Positions 42,882 to 56,473 are shown, counted from the first letter of the stretch. The stretch: DNA of 64,000 bases from Octopus sinensis (GCF_006345805.1 NC_042997.1:122140001-122204000); one strand, 5' to 3'. Translations and numbers: made by a program. Notes: generated from the letters alone by a model not told the origin.

Positions 42882-42910
42882 ATTGAAAAGCAGCAGAAAT
42901 ACCACAAAAA

Positions 42911-42948
42911 CTGTTACTCAGAGTTTTTCGTTCCCGTTCGTCGGACAG
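42911..42948 (-). ncRNA. Decayed copy of the minimal hammerhead
   Basis: Minus strand CTGT CCGACGA ACG-GGAA-CGA AAA ACTC-T-GAGT A ACAG; stem II 3' base and G12 are mutated. Confidence 0.65.
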
Positions 42949-42970
42949 TTTTGTTTAGAATCTAAACAAA

Positions 42971-43006
42971 CTGCCCGTCGAACGGGAACGTGAAATTGAG
43001 TAACAG
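42971..43006 (+). ncRNA. Decayed inverted copy of the minimal hammerhead
   Basis: CTGC CCGTCGA ACG-GGAA-CGT GAA ATT GAGT A ACAG; core A6 mutated and a deletion in stem III. Confidence 0.6.
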
Positions 43007-43108
43007 TTTTTGTGATATTTTTGCTGCTTTTCAATAAAGCATATTACTCTACCTCTGGTATTCGAGTACTATATTTTCCACCTTGTTTCTCATTTATGTG
43101 CTTACTCC

Positions 43109-43170
<62 letters not shown>

Positions 43171-43223
43171 TACTTGGAGAAAAGAAAAGAAACGAAACGA
43201 CGCGAGGGCGCTCAGTCATACAA

Positions 43224-43361
43224 TAATTTAAGAAATAAAATATATGCATACATACATACATATATGTACGTACCTACATCTACATATATATATATATACA
43301 TGTAGATGTAGGTACGTACATATATGTATGTATGTATGCATATATTTTATTTCTTAAATTA
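43224..43361. repeat. Perfect 61-bp inverted repeat around a short (TA)n loop
   Basis: taatttaagaaataaaatatatgcatac...ctacatctaca and its exact reverse complement at 43301-43361. Confidence 0.9.
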
Positions 43362-43400
43362 TATATATATATATATATATAATATATATATATATATATA

Positions 43401-43800
43401 GGCGTAGGAGTAGCTGTGTTTTAAGTAGCTTGCTAACCACCCACATGGTTCCGTGTTTAGTCCCACTGCGTGACACCTCGAGCAAGTGTCTTCTACTATA
43501 GCCTCGGGCCGACCAAAGTGGATTTGATTGAGGAAACTGAAAGAAGCCCGTCGTATGTATATATATGTATATATATATATGTGTGTGTATATGTTTCTGT
43601 CTGTGTTTGTCCCCCAAAATCGCTTGACAACCGATGCTGGTGTGTTTACATCCCCATAACTTAGCGGTTCGGCAAAACAGAATGATAGAATAAGCACTAG
43701 GCTTACAAAGCATAAGTCCTGGGGTCGATTTGCTCGACTAAAAGCGGTGCTCCAGCATAGCCACAATAGAATGACTGAAACAAATAAAACAGTAAAAGAG
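43401..43800 (+). mobile_element. SINE family A
   Basis: Full head, internal (TA/TG) tract, tail. Confidence 0.85.
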
Positions 43801-43896
43801 TATATATATTATGTGCATATGTACACAAACAAATAAATATGTACACATGAGAGATTACACTTATGTATGTTTGTACGTATGTATGTATACATACGA

Positions 43897-43930
<34 letters not shown>

Positions 43931-43936
43931 TAAATG

Positions 43937-44163
43937 TGGCAAGCTGGCAGAAACGTTAGCACGCCGGGCGAAATGCTTTGCGGTATTTCGTCTGATTTTT
44001 GATTTTGAAATTACGTTTGTCAAATTCCGCCGAGGTCAACTTTGCCTTTCATCCTTTCGGGGTCGATAAATAAGGTACCAGTTACGCACTGGGGTCGATG
44101 TAATCGGCTTAATCCTCTTGTTTGTCCCCTCTATGTTTAGCCCCTTGTGGGTAGTAAAGAAAT
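43937..44163 (+). mobile_element. SINE family B
   Basis: Matches 11905-12141. Confidence 0.85.
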
Positions 44164-44704
44164 ATATATATACCTATTTATGTATGTACATATGTCTCAT
44201 GACTTACACACACACACACACTTACACACCTATTACGATTTCTTTTTCTTTCCCTGATGCCGAAACACTTGTTCAACAAACTGCACTTTTTTCTTATTTG
44301 TCAGGCAGAGAAAGCGTGACACAAGATATTACAAGGCTGGATATTTAGTTACCTGTACACTTCCTCCGTTCCTAACTTCTCCACACAATTTTCCTCGACC
44401 GATTTGACTCACGGTTGTTGGTTGCACTTTTGTCCACACTTTTGTGTACTCATCGAAAATAATGTTATGGGACCCAGCAATTTATGACAGCCAGCCCAAC
44501 ATGTTAAGTTTCTGTACTTACAGTGCCTACGCTTATATATAATAAAGATATCATTACTGGATTCAAAGTATCAACTGGAATCCAACGTAAGCACTTTGGA
44601 CAAGATTGTGTATCTCCGGTTACATAATTTAACAATATTATGCAAATCAAAATCCTGGCATATGCAAAAATTGTTGTTTCCTTTGTGGACGATATAATAA
44701 ACCA

Positions 44705-44751
<47 letters not shown>

Positions 44752-46289
44752 TAGTTACGAGATAAGAAGTATAATTATTAATTATTTCCTCTTTTTTTCC
44801 CCTCCTACACACTTTTCTGTCACTGTATTTACCTTTAACTACAATAGTACTTGCAACCCCACAAAATGTAAGCTAAAGCGATACAATTTTTGATTTTCAA
44901 GCTCTTTCGTCTATTATTGTTGATAAAATAAATTCTCGATCTCGTATAATTGGCTTATGATCTCTGAACATCATTACCTTTCTAAATATTGGTCTTGTAT
45001 CTAAGCATACCTATGCAAATATTTATTTTTCAGTAGAAAGGACAATATTACTTTACCGCTAAATGACTCTCGTTGTTAGTAGGTTAGAAGTATTTCTTTT
45101 CAATTACAGTAATATCAACCTCACGATATCTTTTCATCCAATAAAAATTATAGTTTTATTTCTAGTAATAGCAACGATTTCACTTAATCTAGAAAGAAAA
45201 ATGACCATCGATTCTGAGAATGAACAATGTGAGCAAATTTTTTTCTGAGATAAGCTCAGATGGTACGGAATGTGAAATTTCAACTCACTGCGGTAAGAAT
45301 ATGACGTTTTGATATTTGCTCTGTTTCATACTAGCACAGAAGCCCCTTTTTTCCCCTTCTAACTTTTTCTATCTCTCGTTTTTGAGTCCTTTGTAGATTC
45401 ATTAGTTCTCCCCGTCTGCGTTCTCCAACGGTCATTATCTGTAATTTGCCTCATTTATTGTGAAAAACCAAAAAGAAAAATATGGAAATTTCCTGAATAA
45501 GAGAAATGCGTTTATTTCTGAAGGAGATGTGATAGGAGCAGTCGCATCAAATGGGGAAATGGTTTGTAAGAAATTGACAAAAGTGATATATGAATGACTA
45601 CTGAGGAAAGAAGGAGGAAGACTTTGATATATGGAATCAAAATTACAGATGAAAAGTAAGCCAGGTGTACTAACTGCTTTATTAATTCAAGAGCTATTTC
45701 TTTATTTTTAGCTTGTAATTTTTATAGTACTTCCGCTCTTGTTAAGAAGAAATTGACGAGGATTCAATACAAATTAGTCATGCGTCATACACATACAAAT
45801 ATGTATATGATTCCTGAGATATGGTGAGAGATATTGAAAGAGTGGTTGAAAGAGTGAGTCAGAAATCAAAGTTAAAGTGACTGTGAAATTCTTTTCAGCA
45901 GATATATGGTATACAAATAAGCATATACATTTGTATTGCAGACATACATAAATATGGCTACAGTGAACATAAAGCTGCCATATATCTATATCTATCTATC
46001 TTAATCTATCTCTCTATATATCTATCTATCTATCTATATATTAGTTTTCTACGTAGCGTAATCACATACACCCATACTGAGAGAGAGAGAAAGAGAGAGA
46101 GGGGAGAGATAGATGGTATTTTGACCAGATAGTCGTATTAATCCACCATAAAAGGGACTGAATATTACAAACAGAGCAGAATATTATTTCCTTGCAGAAT
46201 TCTACTGTTGTTTGTACAGAGGTGACTGGTCTAAGCAAATGGAAGATGAAACAGCTGGTCATGTTCTTAGGATCATACATGCAAAATAC

Positions 46290-47000
46290 ATACCAAAACG
46301 TTTGAAACTTTTAAAGAATAACAGTCACAACTGCTCTACACTATTGTAATTATGGTATGTCATTAATATAATTGAATAAGCTGACCTACCAGCTTTTGTT
46401 GATCTAGATTGAAGGAGTCGTCTGTAACAGCACTTTGAACACATCTTTCTATACACACAGCTGAGTAGGTTGGGACGGGAAGACAATTTGGAAACTAGCA
46501 ACGTAAAGTTTTCTCGTAAGCTATGCAAAAACGCTACTGAATCATAGAATGCTCCGGAATGCTTGATTGACTTGTACGAGCCGAGCATGTGTTTTTTTCG
46601 CTAGCAGAGAAGGCTAAAAAAAGCAAATATGCTGGAAAACTCTTGATGATGCATTTTTTGATAGCAAGGGTAAGTTCTATAGCTAGACGGTCAAAAAGGA
46701 GTACTTTGGTGCGGTTTTGAAGGTGATCAGGGGGTAAGATTCGCTGAAAGCGCCTAGAGCATCTGCCCCAGGACAATGCATGAGTTAACAATTCAATCCT
46801 GGTAGCCAACTACCTGATAGTGAGGGACAGCAAAACTGTACCCCATCCTTCCTACAGCCTAGATTTTGTTTCTTCTAAATTTTGGCTGTTCTCCAAGCAG
46901 ATAGAGAATTAGAAAGGATGCTGTGACAAAGGTTTTAAATACATTCACTTTGAAGGACTTTCATGGGGTTTAACGAAGTGGCACTAACCATACAATGAAT
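46290..47000 (+). mobile_element. Decayed mariner (DD34D) transposase relic
   Basis: NVKFSRKLCKNATE (N-terminal), KAKKSKYAGKLLMM..FDSKG, QDNA*...TVPHPSYSLDF..KFWLF with 34-residue spacing; stops and frameshifts. Confidence 0.75.
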
Positions 47001-48203
47001 TAATTTAAGTCGCTGGATCCTGCTTTGAATGACAGTAAAGTTTAGTTCTTCTTCGAAATTAATGTCTCTCCTGAAAAAGTCTCAAAACGTCTGGAATGCA
47101 CTTTGATTACACATGTACACGTTCGCTCGCAATCGTGTGCGCCTTCTTATTGGTATACGAAACTTTACACTGCTATTTTAAAAACTTCTTATCATCTATT
47201 CTACATCATATATTTGTGTATTATTGCATTATTAACATTATTATCCATCTTAATGAACATATAATCTTCCATACCAAATTACCTCTTATATTTAAATATG
47301 CATTCGTTGAACTATTAGATTTTTATGCAAGTCCTGTAGCACTGGACTGAGTGCAACACCATGCATGTTCGATACTAAAGGCGCTCTCACAAATCTTTAT
47401 GGAGTAATGTCTTTTGCCGTATCACTTTATAATAATCTGCTGTTGTTACACGTTTCGTGCGCAAATATCGGTCACTGAATGGAAATTAAGTGTCCATCTC
47501 TTTGAATGGTTTTCATTTTCGTATTTTATTGTTCATGAGAATCAGGTTAGCTCGTGCTAAGAATCACAGTTTAATGGGCAATAGACAAGTCAATTATAAA
47601 CATGCGCATGCACGCACACACGCAGTTGTATGTAAAAGAGTTCTAAAAGAAATTAATGACATATATGTTTCAGAAGCAGTTGGCTCGTCAGATAGTAGAA
47701 AGCTTATATGTGGCTGTACAAGCTGTATCGGTTATATAGCTGGATCATTCTATGTCTAAGTAGATTTGCAATGCGAGAGGAGACACACATTCTAGTATTG
47801 AACTATAAAGAATCAGGTTTCTAAAGAAGACCGGAACACGAGTTAACACAAGGAATGTGTCTATATTTAAAAAAACAAAAACGAACAATCATATATCAAA
47901 GTGCTAATAAATGATCAGTCATTCTGAAATATGTATGCTATCTCTATTTTTTGTATCTTTCTTTCATTCTTTATTTTCTATATTTCTTTTTGTAAATAAC
48001 TAGATATTCTTTTGTACTAAAGAAACCACAGAAATGTTACAGCAGATAGTGTGACGAGGTGAAATAGGGGCTAGTTTTCAAACTCACAATCAAATTTATC
48101 AATAACTGACAAATTTCTCCCGTTTTCGGCATGTATTCGCTTAAGAATTTCTTTAACTATATATCTAACCTCATATACATACTTGTGTGTGTATACACGT
48201 ATG

Positions 48204-48276
<73 letters not shown>

Positions 48277-48352
48277 ACTATTTATTAAAATTTTATGTAT
48301 TGATTAAGTCTTTCCTTGTTTGTTTTGCAAAATAGTGGTTTTGTCTCTAATA

Positions 48353-48391
<39 letters not shown>

Positions 48392-49116
48392 TGATATGCA
48401 GAGTCACTTAAGGGATGGAAATATTGGTCGGTTGCCTAGGAGTGTTACAGGTCTAGTGGACCAAAATCTGACCTATGTACGCTGTCTTTGTTGTCAATCA
48501 ATAAATACTTCAGGGCCCGCTGCAGGGATCTGTATGGATCCTACGATGGTGTTAAGGCAGCTGTATGTATGTGCACAGTACATAGAGAGAATTGATACAT
48601 TAGAAAGGTCGCAAAGAATAATGAAATTTCTTAGTATATAATGGAACTATTTGTCAATGAAAACGTACAAACGCTATGACACAATGAGTAACCTTTAACT
48701 AGAGTCAAAGCTAAAATAACTTTAAAGCTCTTTACTGTGTTGGCAAATAATTGTTGATTTCTCTTTTGTTTAATTGCAATAGAAGCTAAATATGCGTTAA
48801 CGTCTTCCATATCTGACAGAAAGATTCTTTTGATCTTATTACAATAAATGTGCTGCTAAATAAACATATGTGAATGAGCGAGTGTATACAACCATAGAAA
48901 CCCGTTCGAATATCGAAACATTTCAATGAGAAAATTTTATATGTATTATCATAATTATATATTTTATATACAAAAGAAACCTCCGGCATCAAATAACTGA
49001 TTACATTTATATAAATTTCATAAGGACAATTTTGCTAGTGACTTGGCGGATACTGGTCCGTTGGTGAAGTTTGGGTACGTGTGTGTGTATGCGTGCGTAA
49101 AAAATTATGTCAATAT

Positions 49117-49161
<45 letters not shown>

Positions 49162-50284
49162 AACACTTAAATACATTCAAATGCATATCCATTTACATGC
49201 ATATATACAAATACATTTACATGCATACACATTTATTTATATATAAGCATACACTGAAGAATATGTAAATATATATATATATATATCCACATACACAGAC
49301 ACACATATACTTACTGATACACACACATGTACATACATACACACACACACATACTTACTGATACACACATATGTACATACATACACACACACACATATAT
49401 ATGCATATATATCTTTCATACTTATACATACATATATACTATATACATCCATCCACATACACACACATAATTATATACGTATCTCTCTCTTTCTCTCTAT
49501 GTATGTATGAATGTATATATGTAGAGAAAGAGAGAAATAGATTGATATAATACATTCATACGTACACATAAATATATGTGTGCATGTGTGTGCGCGCGGT
49601 CGTGCATATTTCTGTTGCCTGTGTGTCCTCTTGTGTAACTGCACTTGTAGAGGAGTGTGGGCTGCGGAAGCTGTTATATGCTTAACATATATTGAACCTT
49701 AAAAACGATGCCTTACTTGTAAGATAAGTTTTATATATATAATATCTTTTTACATTTCATATCCGTCCAATTTCCCAAATTAACATACTTAGTATATTGA
49801 GACACAGCTTCCTCTGCACCTTTTCCCCTCCCATCTAGCACAGCTCTTATCTATTCCTTTACACAATGTACAGCATTCGCACGGAGCAGCAGTAGGAGAT
49901 ATATAAGATAGCTGAGATGAATCGAATCAATACTTTACACTCTTCACTTTTCTCTTCTCTATTTCCTATTATCATACACAAATGATTCTTCTACACTGCT
50001 TCTCTAACTTTTCAGATTCATTCATCATTTTCTCTCGGCTGTCCAATTTGGTATTCTCCTTCCTTCACATGGAAGAATTGCTATCGATTTCGTTTCCAAA
50101 AACATTAAAAAAAAAGAAAAAGAAAAAGGAAAAAGAACCGCGCATTTTTCCTCCATTTTCCCTATTACAATATACAAGCAAGCGTACTTGCATTTACACA
50201 CACACACACGCACACACACACACACACACAACCACAAGCAAGAGCAGGAATAATCATAAGAGCAACATCAAGATCAACAGCATC

Positions 50285-50314
50285 AGCAATAATAATAATA
50301 ATATAATAATAATA

Positions 50315-50347
<33 letters not shown>

Positions 50348-50350
50348 TAA
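50285..50350. repeat. (AAT)n microsatellite
   Basis: Directly visible. Confidence 0.9.
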
Positions 50351-50667
50351 TCATTTCACGTTTTTTTTTCTTACAAAAGAAATTCTTATCTAGTCCAATA
50401 CTGTGGATAATTTATTCAGCGAGTAGATTTAATGCAGCCGAATTGAAGTCGTTTAGAAAATTCTTCATATTCTTAAACTTAAATGTCTTCCAGTAGTATA
50501 AAAAGATTTTACAAAAAACCCAGTTATATAGAAATTCTCATTGATAGTTAGACAAAACTATGCACCCGTTCATACATAGCCATATATCTCTACACGTGGG
50601 AATGCTTAAAAGATCATGGCTTTGGGTTAAAGAATATACAAGAGGATCAGTTACTTATAATTTTATT

Positions 50668-50826
50668 CAGGAGTGGCTGTGTGGTAAATAGCTTGCTTAC
50701 CAACCACATGGTTCCGGGTTCAGTCCCACTGCGTGGCACCTTGGGCAAGTGTCTTCAACTATAGATTCGGGCCGACCAAAGCCTTGAGAGTGGATTTGGT
50801 AGACAGAAACTGAAAGAAGCCCGTAG

Positions 50827-50879
<53 letters not shown>

Positions 50880-51134
50880 CATATATATGTATATAATATA
50901 TATATGTGTGTGTGTGTGTGTATACGTTTGTGTCTGCGTTTGTCCCCCCCAAATCACTTGACAACCGATGCTGGTGTGTTTACGTCCCCGTAACTTAGCG
51001 GTTCGGCAAAAGGGACCGATAGAATAAGTACTAGGCTTACAAAGAAAAAGTCCTGGGGTCGATTTGCTCGACTAAAGGCGGTGCTTCTGCATGACCACAG
51101 TCAAATGACTGCAACAAGTAAAAGAGTAAAAGAG
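50668..51134 (+). mobile_element. SINE family A, full length
   Basis: caggagtggctgtgtggtaaatagcttgc...gggttcagtccc...caagtaaaagagtaaaagag. Confidence 0.9.
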
Positions 51135-51519
51135 ATTCCCCACTCAATTGCACACACTTATTGCGGCTGTCTTTCAGTTTTTCTAATCGCTGTAAAAGAA
51201 CTTGGAACGTTGGGTCAGCAGCCCCTCGTACACTCGTATACATTATCTTGTCGATTTGCTGCGGGTTATTCGTAAGTGACTAAAACCCGGTAAATTTATA
51301 AGAGCATGAGGTACCAGTTACAATCTCAGAACATCTATCGCGCTAAGTATAAAGAAAAACAAACAAGAAAAGAACTACCGATAATGTTGACCGAAAAAAC
51401 TGAATGAACAAAGCATTGTCGTTATGAGAATTCCCTCGAGGATATATTTACTAGATGTCCACTTTGCTGGGGTTAGATAAAGTCAACAATACACACACAG
51501 ACACTTTTCACCTCTCTCG

Positions 51520-51557
<38 letters not shown>

Positions 51558-51657
51558 CATAATTAAATAATATCAGGGTAATACAGATTTTAGACATGTT
51601 TACTACCAGTGGCTTAGCGTATAGAAGAATTAGTCAATAGACTTTATTATTTATATA

Positions 51658-51924
51658 AAATACAGTGTACATTTAAACACATTAATAGGTATCCATCATA
51701 GGACTCCCTTACGCTAGAAGGAACAGCTAAAGTCCAAACCACTAATTAAAGATAAATTCTCGAAGGGAATGAAAAGTAAAAAAATAGATGGTAAATGTTT
51801 TTTTACTTTTTCATTCTCTTCGAGAATTTATCCCTAATTAGTTGTCTGAACTTTAGCAGTTCCTTCTATCGTTAGGGAGTCCTATAAAGGAAACATCTTA
51901 ATATGTTTAAATGTACACCGTATT
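51658..51924. repeat. Imperfect foldback (about 127-bp arms, 13-nt loop) next to (TA)n
   Basis: 51658-51784 pairs with 51798-51924 (e.g. ataggactccct/agggagtcctat, gataaattctcgaag/cttcgagaatttatc). Confidence 0.8.
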
Positions 51925-51931
51925 ATATATA

Positions 51932-51998
<67 letters not shown>

Positions 51999-52287
51999 CA
52001 CACTCACATACGTACCTACATTTGTATGTATGTATGTAAGGATATATGTGTGTGTGTGTGTGTATTTATACTGCTTATGACCACAAGTTCGGTTTTTGTA
52101 TCAGAGCAACATGGTAGTAACATTTGTTTAAGGAAGATTTGGATGCAATTTCTATCAAATTCTACCAATAAGGCCTTTCTGTTAGTTCATGCATGTATAC
52201 ATAACTCTGATAGTCTGGATATATAGTTCTGGCCTATCTCTCTGTCTGTCTATTCATCTGTCTATCTAAACAGAGAGAAAATTGAGT

Positions 52288-52495
52288 AACAATGCTAAGT
52301 ACTGGGCTCGATTCGTTTGACTGCATGGCTGCAGTTTAATGACTGACACAAGTAAGAAATAAATCCATTTAGAAGGGTTTGGTCAGCCCGAGGCTACAGT
52401 AGAAAAATCTGGTAAAGCACCACTATCACGCAGACAGACTGAACCCGGAACCATGTGGTTGGGAAAGAAACTTCTTACCGCACAGATACGCCTGA
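52288..52495. mobile_element. Two SINE family A fragments (plus-strand tail, minus-strand head)
   Basis: aagtactgggctcgattcgtttgact..gactgacacaagtaag followed by ggtcagcccgaggctacagtag..gaacccggaaccatgtgg. Confidence 0.65.
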
Positions 52496-52802
52496 GCCTA
52501 GTGAACAAATCCATTTCTAACTGATAGCCGCAACTACATTCTTCGTATATGAAAGGGCTCTCAACACAGGTGACACTGAAATGAACATCCATAGTTCGAA
52601 ATTAGTGAAATTCTAACCACATCACAAAATATTTGAGTGATAACTGAGGTGATTTAGTTTATTGATCAGTCAATTGTATTAGGGATAGCAAGAGCATGAT
52701 GAACGTGTGTAGGGGGTGTATGTGTGCGCGCGTGCATATGTTCAAGCTTTTGTACAGATGTGCTTTGCATGTTCTAGTGGTTAGGGTCTTGCAACTATGA
52801 GC

Positions 52803-53090
52803 TGTGAAGGCACATGGCCTAGTGGTTAGAGCAGCGGACTCGCGGTAGAGGGAACGCGGGTTCGAATCTCAGATCGGGTGATGTGTGTGTTTATGAGCGA
52901 AACGCCCAAGCCCCACGTGGCTCCGACAGAAGATAATGGCGAACTTCTGCTGACTCTTTCGCCACAACTTTCACTCACTCTTTCCTCCTGCATCTTGCGA
53001 CGGACCTGCGTCCCGTCCAGGTGGGGAACCTATACGCCAAGAAAACCGGCCGTTATGAGCCAGGCGTGGCTCGAAAAGGAACAAACAAAT
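52803..53090 (+). mobile_element. tRNA-derived SINE (family C-like head)
   Basis: A box tggcctagtggttag, B box gggttcgaatctc; no acceptor stem, long non-tRNA body. Confidence 0.75.
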
Positions 53091-53310
53091 ATGGCCTCGA
53101 AGTCGTAGTTTCAAATCGTGGACTAATTGGTGGCGTTGTGTTCTGGGGCAAAACACGTCATCACACGTTGCTCTGTGATCACTTAGAAACCGGACAAGTG
53201 GAACATCGAGCACCAGTTGAGGCCACGTCTGAAGTGGGATAATGGACAACACAAACATTTGATCACTATAAACAAATAATTCGTGCTGCTTCTTTTGTAA
53301 GAAATTGAAG
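53091..53310 (+). mobile_element. SINE family D
   Basis: Homologous to 8290-8555. Confidence 0.7.
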
Positions 53311-55416
53311 CACCGTCTTTCTTAGACTAAAAAAGAAGACTATCACGTTTGTGTGTGTGTGTGTGTGTGCGTGTGTGTATGTGTGTGTGTGTGTGCATGT
53401 ATATATGTATATATGTATGAGGGACTGTGTGTGGATGATTGTGAGTATACGTGAGCAGCCGTATATTGTGTTTTAATAATATAAAGTTTAATTGTCTTGC
53501 AAGCCAGACGCTTCTATTAACTTGGAACATTTACACAAGTCCTCAACTTGTGAAATGTTTTAATATAATTGCAGACACTTATATTAACTTACAACTTGTG
53601 TTAATATAAGTACAGACACTTATATAAACTTCAGACATTTGAACAAGTCCTTAACTTTCGGCGAAGTTTCTTGTCTGTTAAGCTCGTCTGGTTCTTTCTG
53701 GTATTTTGTTCATTATCTTGAGAAGATTAAAAGTCAAATGGCCCTGATGGGATTTCAAATCGGAGCTTACTCATATATCTCATAGATAACAATTCCTTTC
53801 AGCGTATATCTTCGGGTTTTATGTTCTGATTTTATTCGCGCTGGGTTTCTACTTTGTCTATCATATTTACAATATCGATAATTTGAAATATGAATTAATT
53901 ACTAGGGCGATATGGTAGACTATACATTTCTCTATATTGTTTGATTGTGTGCCTTTGGTACACATTAATAATTAGGAGATTAAATATAAGCCTACTGACA
54001 ACATAAGTTATATTTGGCTGACGTAATAGTTACTATATATATATATATAATTTATCAAAAATCAAAATCAAAAGACGAAGATTGGTGTGTAAACAACAAA
54101 TAGATGTATTAGTTTAACACTTGGGAAGTTAGAAAGTCTTATGCGTTTCGAGTCTACGTTCTTCGACAGAAAGGAACTCAGAAATAAATAGGGAGAGAAA
54201 ATAGAAAAAAATGGGAGGAAATTTAGTATTGAAAATAAACGTAGTGTCCTTATGTCAGCATTCATCTGGCACTAAGCGCCATTCCCTTGATCTGACGTTA
54301 AAAGTATTTCCACACCTGGAAGGTGTGGAGCAGTGCAGCATTGGTGCTTCCAGTGAATGTGTAATTTCTATTGACATTAACTATATAAAAAAATCCTACT
54401 CGTCTTGTCCATTCAGCTACCAATACGTGAACACACACACACACAAAGTGAAAGAGAGAACGATATTTATATATATATATATTTTTTTTTACCGTTAAGT
54501 ATACATAAATTTGTTAGTCTCTTACCATCCTCAACGTTTTATCAACACTGCTACTTTTGTTTCCATAAAGATCTTTCCATAAACAATATTACCTCATTCC
54601 TCAATTGATATCAATACAAATCCTACACATCACTTTAACCAGGTTTCGATCCTACCTCATTTTACTTTATAACCTTAACCACTTAACATTATCATTATTT
54701 CCATAAGTAAAGTAATGTACAGTCTGCTTCTATAACTTCCACGTTGCTTCAGGCCACGCACAGATCGCATATGTGCTGATGGGTTTCAATGATTACATTT
54801 CATTTATAATATCAAGTACAAAATTTGAAATGATATCCGTAGGGATAATAGCGCTAATTAATTTTAAATGATATTTTCCCTTTCTTATTTCCTACATACC
54901 AACAAAAAATAGAGCTCATCCGATTTGTTGGTAGAATAAATCAATAATAATTACAAAAGTATTGGTTTGAAAATAAAAGTCAAAATAGAAGAGGATTCAT
55001 AGTAAATATAACAGATCTTAATTTACAACATCATTCAAGGCGAGTTTACATAAACGTATTTTGTGAAAATAGATCTAAACATTTCTGGTTTAACAAAAAA
55101 TATTTATGTATGAAATGTAGTTAATAGAATAATGTGTTGAAGGATATCTTAAAGAAAACATATGTATATTAGTGTTTTTTAAAGACAAACCTATTTACGA
55201 CAAGTAGATAACGTACGTGTTTATAAACTCGTAAATGTTATTCCATGGAGGCTAGGCAAGTGTCGAAGTTAGCTGCTATCAAGCACCAAGCGTAATGGAT
55301 GAAATAAAAAAAAGATGTAATCATTTTGTGTGTTCTCGTAAATAGTTTAAACGTGTCACGCCGGTTGATTTTTATTTAGTGAGTCCAAGATGTTCCATTG
55401 TATAGTAATCAAATTG

Positions 55417-55740
55417 TGGAGGAGCGTGGCTTTGTTGTTATAGTGTTTTGACTCAATGATGTTAAAATCGCGGTTTCAATCCCTGGACCAGGCGTAGCGT
55501 TATCTTCTTGAGTAAATCACTTTATTTCATGTTGCTTTTTTACACGCAGCCGGTAAAAACGTCTTTTACTTGTTGTTCAAAGGGCCAGCCTTGTCATATT
55601 CTTTGTCATACTGAATGTCCCTGAGAACTACGTTAAGTGCACACGTGTTTGTGGCGTGCGCGGTCACTTGGATGGTAATTTCATGAATAGGCTGTTCCTT
55701 AGATCGGATCAACTGGCACCCACTTCGTCGTAACTAACAC
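55417..55740 (+). mobile_element. tRNA-derived SINE family C variant
   Basis: Head ggagcgtggctttgttgttatagtg..ggtttcaatccc; body ttcttgagtaaatcactttatttcatgttgc. Confidence 0.7.
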
Positions 55741-55814
55741 ACTGTCCGTTAGTCCGTGCTGTTCCATTGAATCCTGGTCAAATTCCACTCTAACACTCAA
55801 GAACCGTCTTTCAT

Positions 55815-55859
55815 TACTTGTGAGTGGACTTGCTCGGCAGAAACTGAAAGAAGCTCGCC

Positions 55860-55932
<73 letters not shown>

Positions 55933-56157
55933 ATGTATGTTTGTGTGTCTGTGTTTGTCTTCCCGCCGTCGCTTGACAACAGGTGCTGGTGTGTTTACGT
56001 CTCCATAACTTAGCGGTTCGGGAAAAGACACCGATTGAACAAGTACTAGGCTTACAAATAATAAATCAATTGGTCGATTTTTTCAACTAAAGGCGGTGCT
56101 CCAGCCCGGCCGCAGTAAAATGACTGAAACAAATAGGAGTATTAAAGAGTAAAGGAG
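55815..56157 (+). mobile_element. SINE family A, 5'-truncated
   Basis: gtgagtggact..gaaactgaaagaagc..tgactgaaacaaat. Confidence 0.8.
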
Positions 56158-56179
56158 TTTATTTACGCTAATTTATTCC

Positions 56180-56429
56180 TTATTTTACTTGTTTCGGCAA
56201 TTAGAATGCGACTAAGCTGGGGCAACACTTTGAAAGTTTTAGTCGACCAAAAAGTCTCAACACTTAATTTTTTTCATTCTGGAAAAATTTTATTCTTCTC
56301 TTTCCTGAAAAGATGAGTTACGTAAAATTTAAGAAATCAGGACCAACTTTGGAGCAATGGTTGCGCCATAAAGAATAATATGCACACACACACACGCAGC
56401 ACAAATACACGCAAGCACGCGCACACACA

Positions 56430-56473
<44 letters not shown>

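Larger units (their letters stand above)
42881..43112. mobile_element. (TA)n-embedded foldback element, same family as 16716-16880
   Basis: Inverted arms 42881-42959 and 42961-43036; unique tail to ...ctccggta; TA tracts on both sides. Confidence 0.75.

Noticed and set aside
44232-44262. CTGATG-CCGAAAC-ACTT-GTT hammerhead-like string
   Set aside because: No stem II and no stem I.
52806-52880. tRNA gene
   Set aside because: A and B boxes are present but the acceptor stem does not pair, and the sequence continues into a SINE body.
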